The notes under the pieces are model-generated. The model saw only the letters and a list, made by a program, of their open reading frames with translations, made no database searches and had not been told where the DNA came from. DNA of 64,000 nucleotides, from NCBI RefSeq assembly GCF_009914755.1, contig NC_060928.1; one strand, written 5' to 3'. This stretch comes from the human T2T-CHM13v2.0 reference genome, Homo sapiens. Positions 30,700 through 45,000 of the stretch are shown here, one piece after another (the first letter of the stretch is position 1; every line of letters begins with the position of its first letter). The translations under genes were made by a program, and so were the position numbers.

Positions 30700-31570
30700 G
30701 GAGAGAGGACAGGCTGGCCTGAAGGTCCAGAGAGCCGGCCCGGCAGGGTCAACCCAGCCAGCGGTCACGAAGGGAGGTGGAGTTGGGGGAGGCGACACAG
30801 GGCAGGAAGTGGGGAGGACAAACGGGGTGCACATGGGGACTGTGGCGATGACACAGAAGGGACAGCCGGTTAGAATCTAGGCCCACTTAGGCGATGAAGG
30901 GCAGGTGAAGAAATCCCGTTCCATCTTCCTGTAGTTCCTCCCTTGGGGAGCCCCCATCCTATCCTGCTGTGGACCGGGGCGTCTCCTGGAAGGCCCGCGA
31001 TCGAGATGAGGCTTCCGAGCCGCCCAGAAGGGACTTCGAAGTGTGCGCAGCGGACTCCGCGGTTCCCACGCGCCCCCTAGGGTGGGTGGACGAGCTGGGC
31101 GCCCCCGTGCGGAGAACGGAGGAGGGGTCCGCCATGTAGCTGTTGGAAATGCGGGTGGCCGTGGGGCCCAGCTTGCCGGGCTCCTGGATCCACGTCCAGG
31201 TCGCAGGGGAGGGGCCCGCCGCCCGTTTCTAAGGGCCTGGCTGCATTCCTGCGGTCACGATCAGGGGTCTTTGCTTTCTCCCATCCCCTCCTGGAGAAAG
31301 AACGCAGCTTTTAACGCGTTCTCCTTGGTTGGGCACCTTTCTTGGGAAAGCTCCGCCTACCATTGCCCTTGTACCTGTCCTCTCCTCTCTCCCTTTCCTG
31401 AAGTGACTGCCCGTCTCTTGCACCGTGGTGTGAATGCGTCGAGATCTCGGCGCTGCAGCAGCATCGGAGATTGGATCCAGCCCATGGAGAGGTCCCCAGA
31501 GTCCATTTGTCCGTCCCCAGGGCAGGGGCCTCGGAAGAGCAAGGGGGAGGAGCTGACCTAGCCGGCTGAT
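30700..31570. promoter_or_regulatory. Orphan CpG island (putative promoter/enhancer)
   Basis: GC- and CpG-rich non-repeat stretch; CAGGAAGT ETS site near 30804, CCGCCATGT YY1-like motif near 31129, GC-box-like runs; no recognisable coding exon. Confidence 0.65.
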
Positions 31571-31689
31571 CTTTGTGGCTTAGACAAAATTTAGAGTTTA
31601 TTTGTCCTTCTGACCATGATCTCAGATCAGATGGACAAGATTAGCCTTACACTTAGGAGCGTTCTGGTGCAAGACTAGTGACTTATTTT

Positions 31690-32070
31690 TCCTTCCTTCC
31701 TACCATCCTTCCTTCCTTCCGTTTTTCCTTTCTTCCTCCTGCCCTCCCTCCGTCCCTCCCTTTTTTCCTTCCCTTTCTATCTCTCTCTCATTTTTTTTTT
31801 TTTTTTGACAGGGTCTCACTCTGTTGCTCAGGCTGGAGTGCAATGGCACCATCATAACTCACTGCAGCCTGGACCTCGTGGGCTCAGGTGATCCTCTCAC
31901 CTCAGCTTCCCAAGTAGCTGGGACTACAGGTCCACAAAACCACGCCTGGCTAATTAAATTTTTTTTTTGTAGAGACAGGGTCTCACTATCTTGCCCAGGC
32001 TGGCCTCGAACTCCTGATATCAAGCTATCCTCTCTCCTTGGCCTCCCAAGATGCTAGAATTCCCGGCCAT
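31690..32070 (-). mobile_element. AluJ with (CCTT)n-type pyrimidine microsatellite tail
   Basis: AluJ-type text (cagcctggacctcgtgggctcaggtgatcct, tttttgtagagacagggtctcact). Confidence 0.85.
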
Positions 32071-32523
32071 GACTTTTTTTTTTTCCTTCTTTTTTAACCT
32101 GAAGCTCTATCCCTTGTCAGTAAAGCCAGCAGCTAATGTTTCCTGTCTCACTGTGTGGAGCAAATCTGCAGCCCTGCTGTCATAGCTCTATTGTGAGGAT
32201 CTGTTATACCAGCACCTGTTAACTTGCTTGGCATTTGGAGAAGCTAGGTAAATGTTGTGTGAATGAATAAATGAATGAACCCAGCCAAGTATGTCCCATG
32301 AGCCAAGTACAAGAAGAGTGGACTCTTGTGCTACTCACACTCTGCCTTCATTGTTAAGAAAGGCGCATTTTTCTAACCAAGGCATAAACTCCAAGAGTGG
32401 ATACAATGGACGGGTTAGCCACCTGTTAAGAGAAGTGGAAGTTAAATGATTCATAACATTTTGATTTCAATCTGCTGTCCCACCATTATCAGGTGTATGG
32501 CCATATAAAGAAAATGAAGTTGG

Positions 32524-32880
32524 GGCCAGGCACAGTGGCTCACGCCTGTGATCTCAGCACTTTGGGAGGTTGAGGCGTGCAGATCACTTGAGGTCAGGAG
32601 TTTGAGACAAGCCTGGAGATTATGGTGAAACCCTGTCTCTACTAAAAATACAAAAATTAGCCAGGCCAGGTGGTACTCACCTGTGGTCCCAGCTACTCGG
32701 AGAGGCTGAGGTGGGACAATTGAGGTGGGACAATTGCTTGAACCTGAGGTGGAGGTTACAGTGAGCTGATATTGAGCCACAGCATTCTAGCCTGGGCGAC
32801 ACAGTGAGACTCCATCCCCCACCCCCCCACCCCGCCCACACACACACACACACACACACAAAAGAAGAAAAAGAAATGAA
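32524..32880 (+). mobile_element. Alu with internal 14-bp tandem duplication and (CA)n tail
   Basis: tgaggtgggacaat repeated twice near 32707-32734; C-run and (CA)n at ~32816-32860. Confidence 0.85.
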
Positions 32881-33750
32881 GTTGGATTCTTTAATTGGGG
32901 GACAAGGGTTTAGATAATCCGCAGCATGGACTTTGAGATAGCTTATGTTTGGGGTATTTTCTTTCATACATTTAGTCTCCTAATTATGTGATCAGGCTAA
33001 TTTTTAAGTATTGAGTAATTTTTAGGAGATGTTGAGACTAAGTTGAAAGAAAACCTAGCCCCTGTGCACCATGAGCCTAGAGTTTAGAGCTGAGTTGGCA
33101 TAGTCAACTATGAAAGCTGTTGGGACAGTGGCAATGTTGAAATTCGTAAGAAGAGATCATTGTGAACTGGATATTGATGCAGGATGCCTTAGAAGGTCAT
33201 GGGTTAGGCCTTGAAAGAATGTACAAGAACAAAGGAATTGGGTGTTATTTTATTTTTAAAATTTTATTTACTTTTGAGTCAGGGTCTCACTCTATTGCAT
33301 AGGCTGCAGTACAGTGGCCCGATCACAACACACTGCAGCCTCCATCTCCTGGGCTTAAGTGATCCTCCTGCCTCAGCCTCCCATGTAGTTGGGACTACAG
33401 GTACGCACCATTATGACCAGCTAATGTTTAATGTTTTAATATTGAATTTTAAAAATTTTTGTAAAAAGAGCATTGGAAATGATTTATTTCCAAGATTCAT
33501 GATCGCAGACAATGTGTGGTCAGCAAGTGGTTGTAAAGCAAATCTGTTTTCTCCATGTGACTGGAAGGAAGAAACACTGACAGAAGAGTGAGTTCTTTGG
33601 CTTCCTGATCCTGGCTGAGCCTGTCAGTGCTTCTGTCCCCTCCTTCTTGGCCAGTGGCCGTGTCTCTGGACAGATTCTGTTCTTAGAAGGGTGCTGGTGA
33701 GCCAGAGATGACATATATGCAGAAGTAGGTTTTGAAAAAGTTCAGTGTCA

Positions 33751-36450
<2,700 letters not shown>

Positions 36451-36528
36451 GAAAAAGTTCAGTGTCCTAGAATTGGACTCCCCATGGCTGCAAACTCTCC
36501 TGGGAGCCACTGTAAGCCATGTGTCTGT

Positions 36529-38003
36529 GGGTGTACACACAGAGTGTACACACAATGTGATAGTAGGAGTAATATCTCAGGGTGTACAGCCACTGTGATA
36601 TTATGAATAATATCACAGGGTGTACAGCCACTTAATATTGATATTAAGAGTAATATATCCCTTCAATATATGAATAATATATCCCTTAAATATAAGAATA
36701 GTATAATATAATAATAATATATGAATAATATGAATAATATATGTACACCCCCTGTGATATTAGGAGTAATATCTCCCCTAGATATTATGAACAATACCAC
36801 AGGGTGTACACCCTCTGTGATATTAGGAGTAATATCTCCCTTATATATAAAACGAACGGTACCACAGGTGTACACCAACTGTGATATTAGGAGTAATATC
36901 TCCGTTATATATTATGAATAATGTCAAAGAGTGTACCCCCACTGTGATATGAGGAGTAATATTACCCTTAGATATTATGAATAATAACACAGGGTGTACA
37001 TCCAATGTGATATTAGGAGTAATATCTCCCTTATATATTATAAATAATGTCAAAATGTGTACCCCCACTGTGATATGATGAGTAATATTACCCTTAGATA
37101 TTATGAATAATAACACAGGGTGTACATCCAATGTGATATTAGGAGTAATATCTCTCTTAGATATTAGGAATAATATCACAGGGTATAGAGCCACTGCTAT
37201 ATTAGCATTAAGATCTTTCTTAGATATTATGAATAATATATCACAGGGTGTACACCCACTGTGATATGAGAAGTAATATCTTTCTTAGATATTACAAATA
37301 ATATCATAGGGTGTACACCCACCATGACATTAGGAGTAATAGCTCCCTGAGATATTATGAATAATATCAGAAGGTGTATACCCACTGTGAAATTAGAAGT
37401 AATATCTCCCTTAGATATTACTAGAAGATATTACTTCTAATTTAGTAATATCTCCCTTAGATATTACTTCTAACTTATTAATATCATAGGGTGTACACCT
37501 ACTGTGATATTAGGGGTGATATCTCCCTTAGCTATTATGACTATTGTCACAGGGTGTATAACCACTATGATATTAGGAATAATATCTCCCGTAGATATTA
37601 CAAATAATATCAAAGGGTGTATATACAGGGTATAAACCCACTGTGATATTAGTAGTAATATCTCCCTTAGATATTACAAATAAAATCACGGGGGGACACC
37701 TACTCTGATGTTAGGAGTACTATCTCCTTTAGCTATTACAAATAATATCACAGAGTGTACACCTGCTGTGATATTAAGAGTGATATCTCTCTTAGGTATC
37801 ACGAATAATATCACAGGGTGTACAGCCTCAGCGATATTAAAAGGAATATTTTCCTTAAATATTATGAATAATATCAAACGATGTACACCTACTGTGATAT
37901 TAGGAGTAATGCCTTCCTTAGATATTCCAAATAATATGAAAGGGTGTATACCTAATGAGATATTAAGAATAATGTCTCCCTTAGATACTATGAATAATGT
38001 CAC
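36529..38003 (+). repeat. SATR-family satellite, AT-rich 63-bp unit sub-array
   Basis: Unit GATATTAGGAGTAATATCTCCCTTAGATATTATGAATAATATCACAGGGTGTACACCCACTGT; 126-bp dimer period at 36921/37047. Confidence 0.85.
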
Positions 38004-41000
38004 CCCACTGTGATATTGTTCATAATATCCAAGCGGGAAGAGCATGATATTACTGCCAATATCGCAGGGGGTGTACACCTTCCTGTGATATTGTTCATAA
38101 TATCAAGGAGGGGAGAGGTTGATATTAATTCTAATATAGCTGGGGTTGTACACATCCCTGTGGTACTGTTTGTAATATACAAAAGGGGAGAATATGATAT
38201 TATTCCCAATATTGCAGGAGGTGTACACCTCCCCGTGATATTGTTCATAATGTCCAGGGGGCAGAAGATGATATCACTGCCAATATCGCAGGGGGTGTAC
38301 ACCTTCCTATGATATTGTTCCTAATAACCGGGGGGAAGAGGATGATATTACACGCAACATCACAGGGGCTGTACGCCCCCCCATCATATAGTTTGTAATA
38401 TTCAGGGGGAAAGAAGATGATATTACTCCCAATGTCACAGGGTTTGTATACTTCTATGTGACATTGTTCGTAATATCCGGGGGTGGGGTGGGGAGAGAAT
38501 GATATTACTCCCAATATTGCAGAGGCTGTACACCCCCCTCTGATATTGTTTGTAATATTTAGGAAGGAGAAAATGATATTACTCCCTATATCGCAGGGGG
38601 CTGTACACCCCTCTGTGATATCATTCGTAATATCCAGAAGAAGACAGGATGATATTACTCCCAATATCGCAGGTGGTGTACACCCCTCTGTGATATTGTC
38701 CATAATATCCAGGTTGGAGAGGATGATATTATTTCCCATATCGCATTGTGTGTACACCCCCCTGTAATATTGTCCATAACATTCAAGGCTAAAGAGGATG
38801 ATATTATTCTCCATGTCGCAGAGTGTGTACAGCCTGCTGTGATACTGTTCGTATCATCCAGGGAGGGAGAGGATGATATTTCTCCCCATATCGCAGGTGG
38901 TGTACACCCCCTTGTGATATTGTCCGCAACATCCGGGGTGGGGAAGGATATTAATCCCCATATCGCAGAATGTGTACACCCCCCTGTAATATTGCCCGTA
39001 ACATCCAGAAGGGGAGGGGATGACATTACTTCCCATATTGCAAGGCGTGTTCACCCCCCTGTAAAATAGTCCATAACATCCAGAGGGGGAGGGGATGATA
39101 TTGCTCCCCATATCGCAGGGGAATATTGTCCCCTGTGATATTGTCCGCAACATCCGGGGCAGGGGAGGATGATATTAATCCCCATATCACAGAATGTGCA
39201 CACCCCCCTGTAACATTGTCGGTAACATTCAGAGGGGGAGGGGCTGATATTACTCCCCATATCGCAGGGGGTGTACAACTTCCTGTGATATTGTCCGTAA
39301 TATCCAGGGAAGAGAGGATGATGTTCCTCCCCATAAACAACCTGCGATATTGTCCATAATATCCAGGGAGGGAGAGGATGGTGTTATTTTCCATATTGCA
39401 GGGAATGTACACCCCACTGCGATACTGTCCGTAATAACCAGGGGTGGAGAGGATGATGTTACTCTTTATTTCACAAGGAATATACACCCCCCTGCGATAT
39501 TGTCCGTAATAACCAGGGGTGGAGAGGATGATGTTACTCTTTATTTCACAAGGAATATACACCCCCCTGCGATATTGTCCGTAATAACCAGGGGTGGAGA
39601 GGATGATGTTACTCTTTATATCACAAGGAACATACACCCTCCTGCGATGTTGTCCGTAATAACCAAGGGTGGAGAGGATGATGTTACTCTTTATATCACA
39701 AGGAACATACAACCCCCTGCGATATTGTTCGTAATATCCAGGAGGAGAGAGGATGATGTTACTCCCCATATCGCAGTGGGTGTACACACCCCTGCGAAAT
39801 TGTTTGTAATATCCACGGGGGGAGGAGATGATGTTACTCCCCATATTGCCAGTAGTGTACATCCCCCTGCATATTGTTCATAATACTCAGGGGGAGAGAA
39901 AATGATATTACTCCACATATCGCAGGGGATGTACACACCCCTGCAATATTGTTCGTAATATTTGGGGGGGAGATGATGATATTACTCCCCATATCGGAGG
40001 GGGTGTATACCCCACTGCGATATTGTTAATAATATCCAGGGGGGAGATGATGTTATTCCCAATATCGTAAACACCCTTCGTGTACATTTTCTGTGACATT
40101 GTTTGTAATATCCAGGGTGGCAGAGGATGATATTCCTCCTAATATCGCAAGATTTATACACTCTCTTTTGATGTTGTTCGTAATATCCAGGAGAGGAGAG
40201 GGTGATATTACTCCAAATATCATAGGGGGATACAACCCCCTGTGATATTGTTCGCAATATTCAGGGGAGGAGAGGATATTACTCCCCAGATAGCAGGGAG
40301 GGTACACTCCCCTGGGATATTGTTCATAATTTTCAGGGGTGGGAGAGAATGATATTACTCCCAAAATCACAGGGGGTGTACACCCCCCTGTGATATTCTT
40401 TGTAATATCCAGGGGTGGAGAGTATGATATTACCCTCAATATCGCAGAAAGTGTACACCCCCTTTGTTATATTGTTCGTAATATCCGGGGCGGGGGGAGG
40501 AGACAATGATATTACTTCCAATATCGCAGGGGCTGTACACCCCCCTGTGATATTATTGCTAATATCCAGTGGGGGAGAAGATGATATTACTCCCAATATC
40601 ACAGGGGGTGTACACCCTTCTGTGATAGTATTCGTAATATCTAGGTGGGGAGAGGATGATATTACCTCCAATATCGCAAGGCCTGTACACCCTCCTGTGA
40701 TGTTGTTCATAATATCCAAGGGGGTAGAGGATGATATTATTCCCTGTATCGCAGGGGATGTGGACCCCCTGTGATATTGTTTGTAATATCCAGGAGGAAA
40801 GAGGATGATATTACTCCCAATATCGCAGGTGGTGTACACACCCCTGTGACATTATTCCTAATATCCAGCGGCAGGGGAAGGATGATATTACTCCCAATAT
40901 TGAAAGAGGTGTACACACCTCTGTGATATTGTTCGTAATATCCAGGTGGGGAGAGGATGATATTACTCCCAATATTGCAGAAAGTGTACACCTCCCTGTG

Positions 41001-42088
41001 ATATTGTTTGAAATACACAGACGGAGAGAAGATGATATTACTTCCCTGTGATATTGCTTGTAACATGCAAAAGGGAAGAGGATGATACTACTCCCCATAT
41101 CGCATGGGGTGTACATTCACCTTTGACATTGTTCGTAATACCCGAGGGGGAGGATAATATTACTCCCAATATCGCAGCAGGTGTACACACCCAGTGATAT
41201 TATTCGTAATATCTAGGGGAAAGAGAATAATATTACTCCCAATATCGCAGGGGGTGTACATTCTCCTGTGATATTGTTCATAATATCCAGGGTGGGAGAG
41301 GATGATACTACTCCCAATATCGCAGAGGGTGTACACCCAACTCTGATATTGTTCGTAATGTCAAGTGGGGAGAGGATGATATTACTTCCAATATCACAGA
41401 GGGTGTGCACTCCCATGTGATATTGTTCATAATACCCGGGAGGAGGAGAGGATGATATTACTGTCAATATCCAATATCACAGGGGGGGAACACCCCACTG
41501 TGATATTGTTTGTATTATCCAGAGGGGGAGAGGATGATATTACTTTCAATATCGCAGATGGTGTATGCCCCTTTGTGATAGTGTTCATAATATACAGGGG
41601 GGGGAAGAATGATATTACTCCCAATATCACAGGGGGTGTACACACCTTTTGTGATATTGTTTATAATAGCCAAGGTAGGAGAGGATGATATACGAACAAT
41701 ATCGCAGGAAGTGCACACCCCCCTGTGATATTCTTCGTAATATCCAGGGGGTAACAGGATGATATTACTCCCAATATTGCAGGGGGTTTACACTCTTCTG
41801 TGATTTTTTTTAATGTCCTGGGGGGAGAGAATGATATTACTGTTAATGTCACAAGCGGTGTACACCATTTTTGGTGATATTGTTCCTAATATCGAGGGGG
41901 GGAGAGGATGATATTACTCCCAATATCGTAGGTTGTGTACACACAGCCTGTGATATTGTTCCTAATAGCCAAAGCGGGAGAGGATAATATTACTTTCAAT
42001 ATCGCAGGGGATGTACACTTACAGAGTGATATTGCTCCTAATATCCAGGCCAAAAGAGGATATTACTCTTGATATCGCAGAGGGGGAC
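38004..42088 (-). repeat. SATR-family satellite, ~75-bp unit sub-array in reverse orientation
   Basis: Unit GATATTGTTCGTAATATCCAGGGGGGAGAGGATGATATTACTCCCAATATCGCAGGGGGTGTACACCCCCTGT; exact 75-bp period at 39451/39526/39601/39676. Confidence 0.9.
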
Positions 42089-45000
42089 ACTCCCCTGCAA
42101 TATAGGGAGTAATATCATCCTCTCCCCCCGGAAATTATGAACAATATCACAGGTGGGTGTACACACCCTGCGATATTGGGGGTAATATCATTTTCTTTCC
42201 ACCAGGATATTACACACAATATCACAGAAGGGTTTACATCCCCCTGCGATATTGGGAGTAATATCATCCTCTCTCCCCTCTCTAGATATTAGCAACAATA
42301 TCACAGGTGGGTGTACACCTGCTGTGATATTGGGAGTAATATCATCCTTTTCACCCCCTGGATATTAGGAACAATATCACAAGGGGTGTGTACACCCCCT
42401 GCGATATTTGGAGTAATATCATGCTCTCCCCCTCCCCGGATACTACAAACAATATCACAGGGGAGTGTACACACCCTGAGATATTGGGAGTAATATCATC
42501 CTCTCCTCTCCTGAATATTATGAACTATATTGCAGAATGGTGTACACCCCCTGTAATATTGTGAGCAATATTATCTTCTCCCTCCCTGGATATTATAAAC
42601 AATATTACAGGGGGTGTACAACCCCTGAGATATTGGGAGTAATATCATTTCCCCCCCAGTGGATATTATAAACAATATCACGGAGGTTTGGGCCCCCTGG
42701 GATATTGAAAATAATATCATCCTTCCACCCCCTGAAAATTATGAACAATATCACAGGAGAGTGTACACTCCCTGCGATATGGGAAGTAATATCATTTTCT
42801 CCTCCTCTGGATATTAGGAACAGTATAACAGGAGGGTTTACACATCCTGCCATATTGGGAGTAATATGCTCTGCCACCCTGGATATTACAAACAGTATCA
42901 CAGAGGATGTACACACAGAATGTTTACGATACTGGGAGTAATATCTCCCCCCCATCCGGACATTACAAACAATATCGTAGCGGGTGTACACCCCCCTCGA
43001 TATGAAAAGGAACATCATCTCCTTTCCCTGTGGATATTATGAACAATATCACAGGGGTGTGTATACCCCCTTTGATATGGGGAGTAAAATCATCCTCTCC
43101 CCCCTTGGATATTATGAACAATATCGCAGTGGCATGTAGATTTCCTGTGACATGAAGAGTAATATCGTCCTCTCGCCCCCTGGTTATTACGGACAATATC
43201 GCAGGGGGGTGAACGCTCCCTATGATGTGAAGAGTAACATCATCCCTTCCCCCCTGGATATTATGGACAATATCGTAGGGGGGTGTACAACCCCTGGGAT
43301 ATGGGGAGCAACATCATTTTCTCCCTCCCCGGATGTTACCAACAATATCTCAGGGGGTTGTACACTCCCTATGATGTGAAGAGTAACATCATCCTTTCCC
43401 CCCTGGATATTATGGACAATATCGTAGGGGGGTGTACAACCCCTGGGATATGGGGAGCAACATCATTTTCTCCCTCCCCGGATGTTACCAACAATATCAC
43501 AGGGGGGTGTACACTCCCTGGGATATTGGGGGTAATATCATCCTCTTTTCCCCTGGATATTACGAACAATTTCACCGGGTGGAGTACACCTTCTATGATA
43601 TTGGGAGTAATATTATCCTCTCCCCTTATGGAAATTGCGAACAGCATCCCGGAAGGTGTACATTCCCTGCGATGTTCGGAGTAATATCATCCTCTCCTCA
43701 CTGGATATTTGGAACAATATAAAAGGGGGTATACACCCCCTGCAATAGTTGGAATAATATCATCCTCACTCCCCTTGGATATTATGAACCATATCACAGG
43801 GGGGTGTACGCCCCCTGCGATACTGAGAGTAATATCATCCTCTACCATTCTGGACATTATGACGTATATCACAGGGGGGTGTACACCCCCTATGATATTG
43901 GGAGTAATATCATCGTCTTCCCCGTGGATATTAGGAACAATATCACAGGAGGGTGTACACCGTTTGTGATATTGGTAATAATATCATCCTCTCCCCCTTC
44001 TGGATATTATGAACAATATCACAGGGGGGTGTACACCCACTGCGATATTGGGAGTAATATCATCCTCTCCTTCCCTGAAAATTACAAAGAATATCATGGG
44101 GTAGGGTGTACACCTTCTGCGATATTGGGATTAGTATCTTCCTCTCTCTCCCTGCTTATTACGAACAATATAACAGGAGGTTGTACACCCCTGCGATATT
44201 GTGAGTAATATCATCCTCTCCCTTCCTGGATATTACGAACAACTTCACAGGGGGATGTACACCCCTTGCGATATTAGTAGTAATATCATCCTCCCTCCCG
44301 GATATTCCCAACAATATCAGAAGGGTGTGTACACCACCTTGATAGTGGGTGTAATATCTTCCTCTCCCCCTTTTATTACTACAAACAACATCACAGGGGG
44401 GTGTACACCCCCTGCAATATTGGAAGTAGTATCAATTGGAAGTGAACAACCCTTGCGATATTGAGAGTAATATCATCCTAACCCCTTGTGGATATTACAA
44501 ACAATATCACTGGGGGGTGTTCACACAGCATGTTTCCGATATTGGGATTAATATCATCCTTTCCTCCCCTGGATATTACGAACAATATCACAGGGGCCTG
44601 TACACCCCCTGGGATATTGGGAGCAATATCATCATCTCTCCCCATGGATATTACAAATAATGTTACAGGGGGATGTACACCCCTGTGATATTCGGAATAA
44701 TATTGTCCTCTCCCTCTCTGGATATTATGAGCAATGTCACAGGGGGCTGTACACCCTTTGCGATATTGGGAGTAATATTATTTTCTCCCCTTCTGGATAT
44801 TACGAACGATATCACAAGAAGGTGTACACCCCCTGCGATATTGTTGAGTAATGTCATCCTCTCCCCACCCCGGATATTGCGAACAATATGACAAAGTTGT
44901 ACACTCCCTGGGATATTGGGAGTAATATCATCCTCTTCTCCCCTGGATATTATGAACAATGTCACGGGGGGTGTACACCCCTAGCGATATTGGGAGTAGT

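Noticed and set aside
30395-31561. 161-aa and 172-aa ORFs in the orphan CpG island
   Set aside because: Non-ATG starts, low-complexity G/R/P composition, one runs through a MADE1 element, and no recognisable domain.
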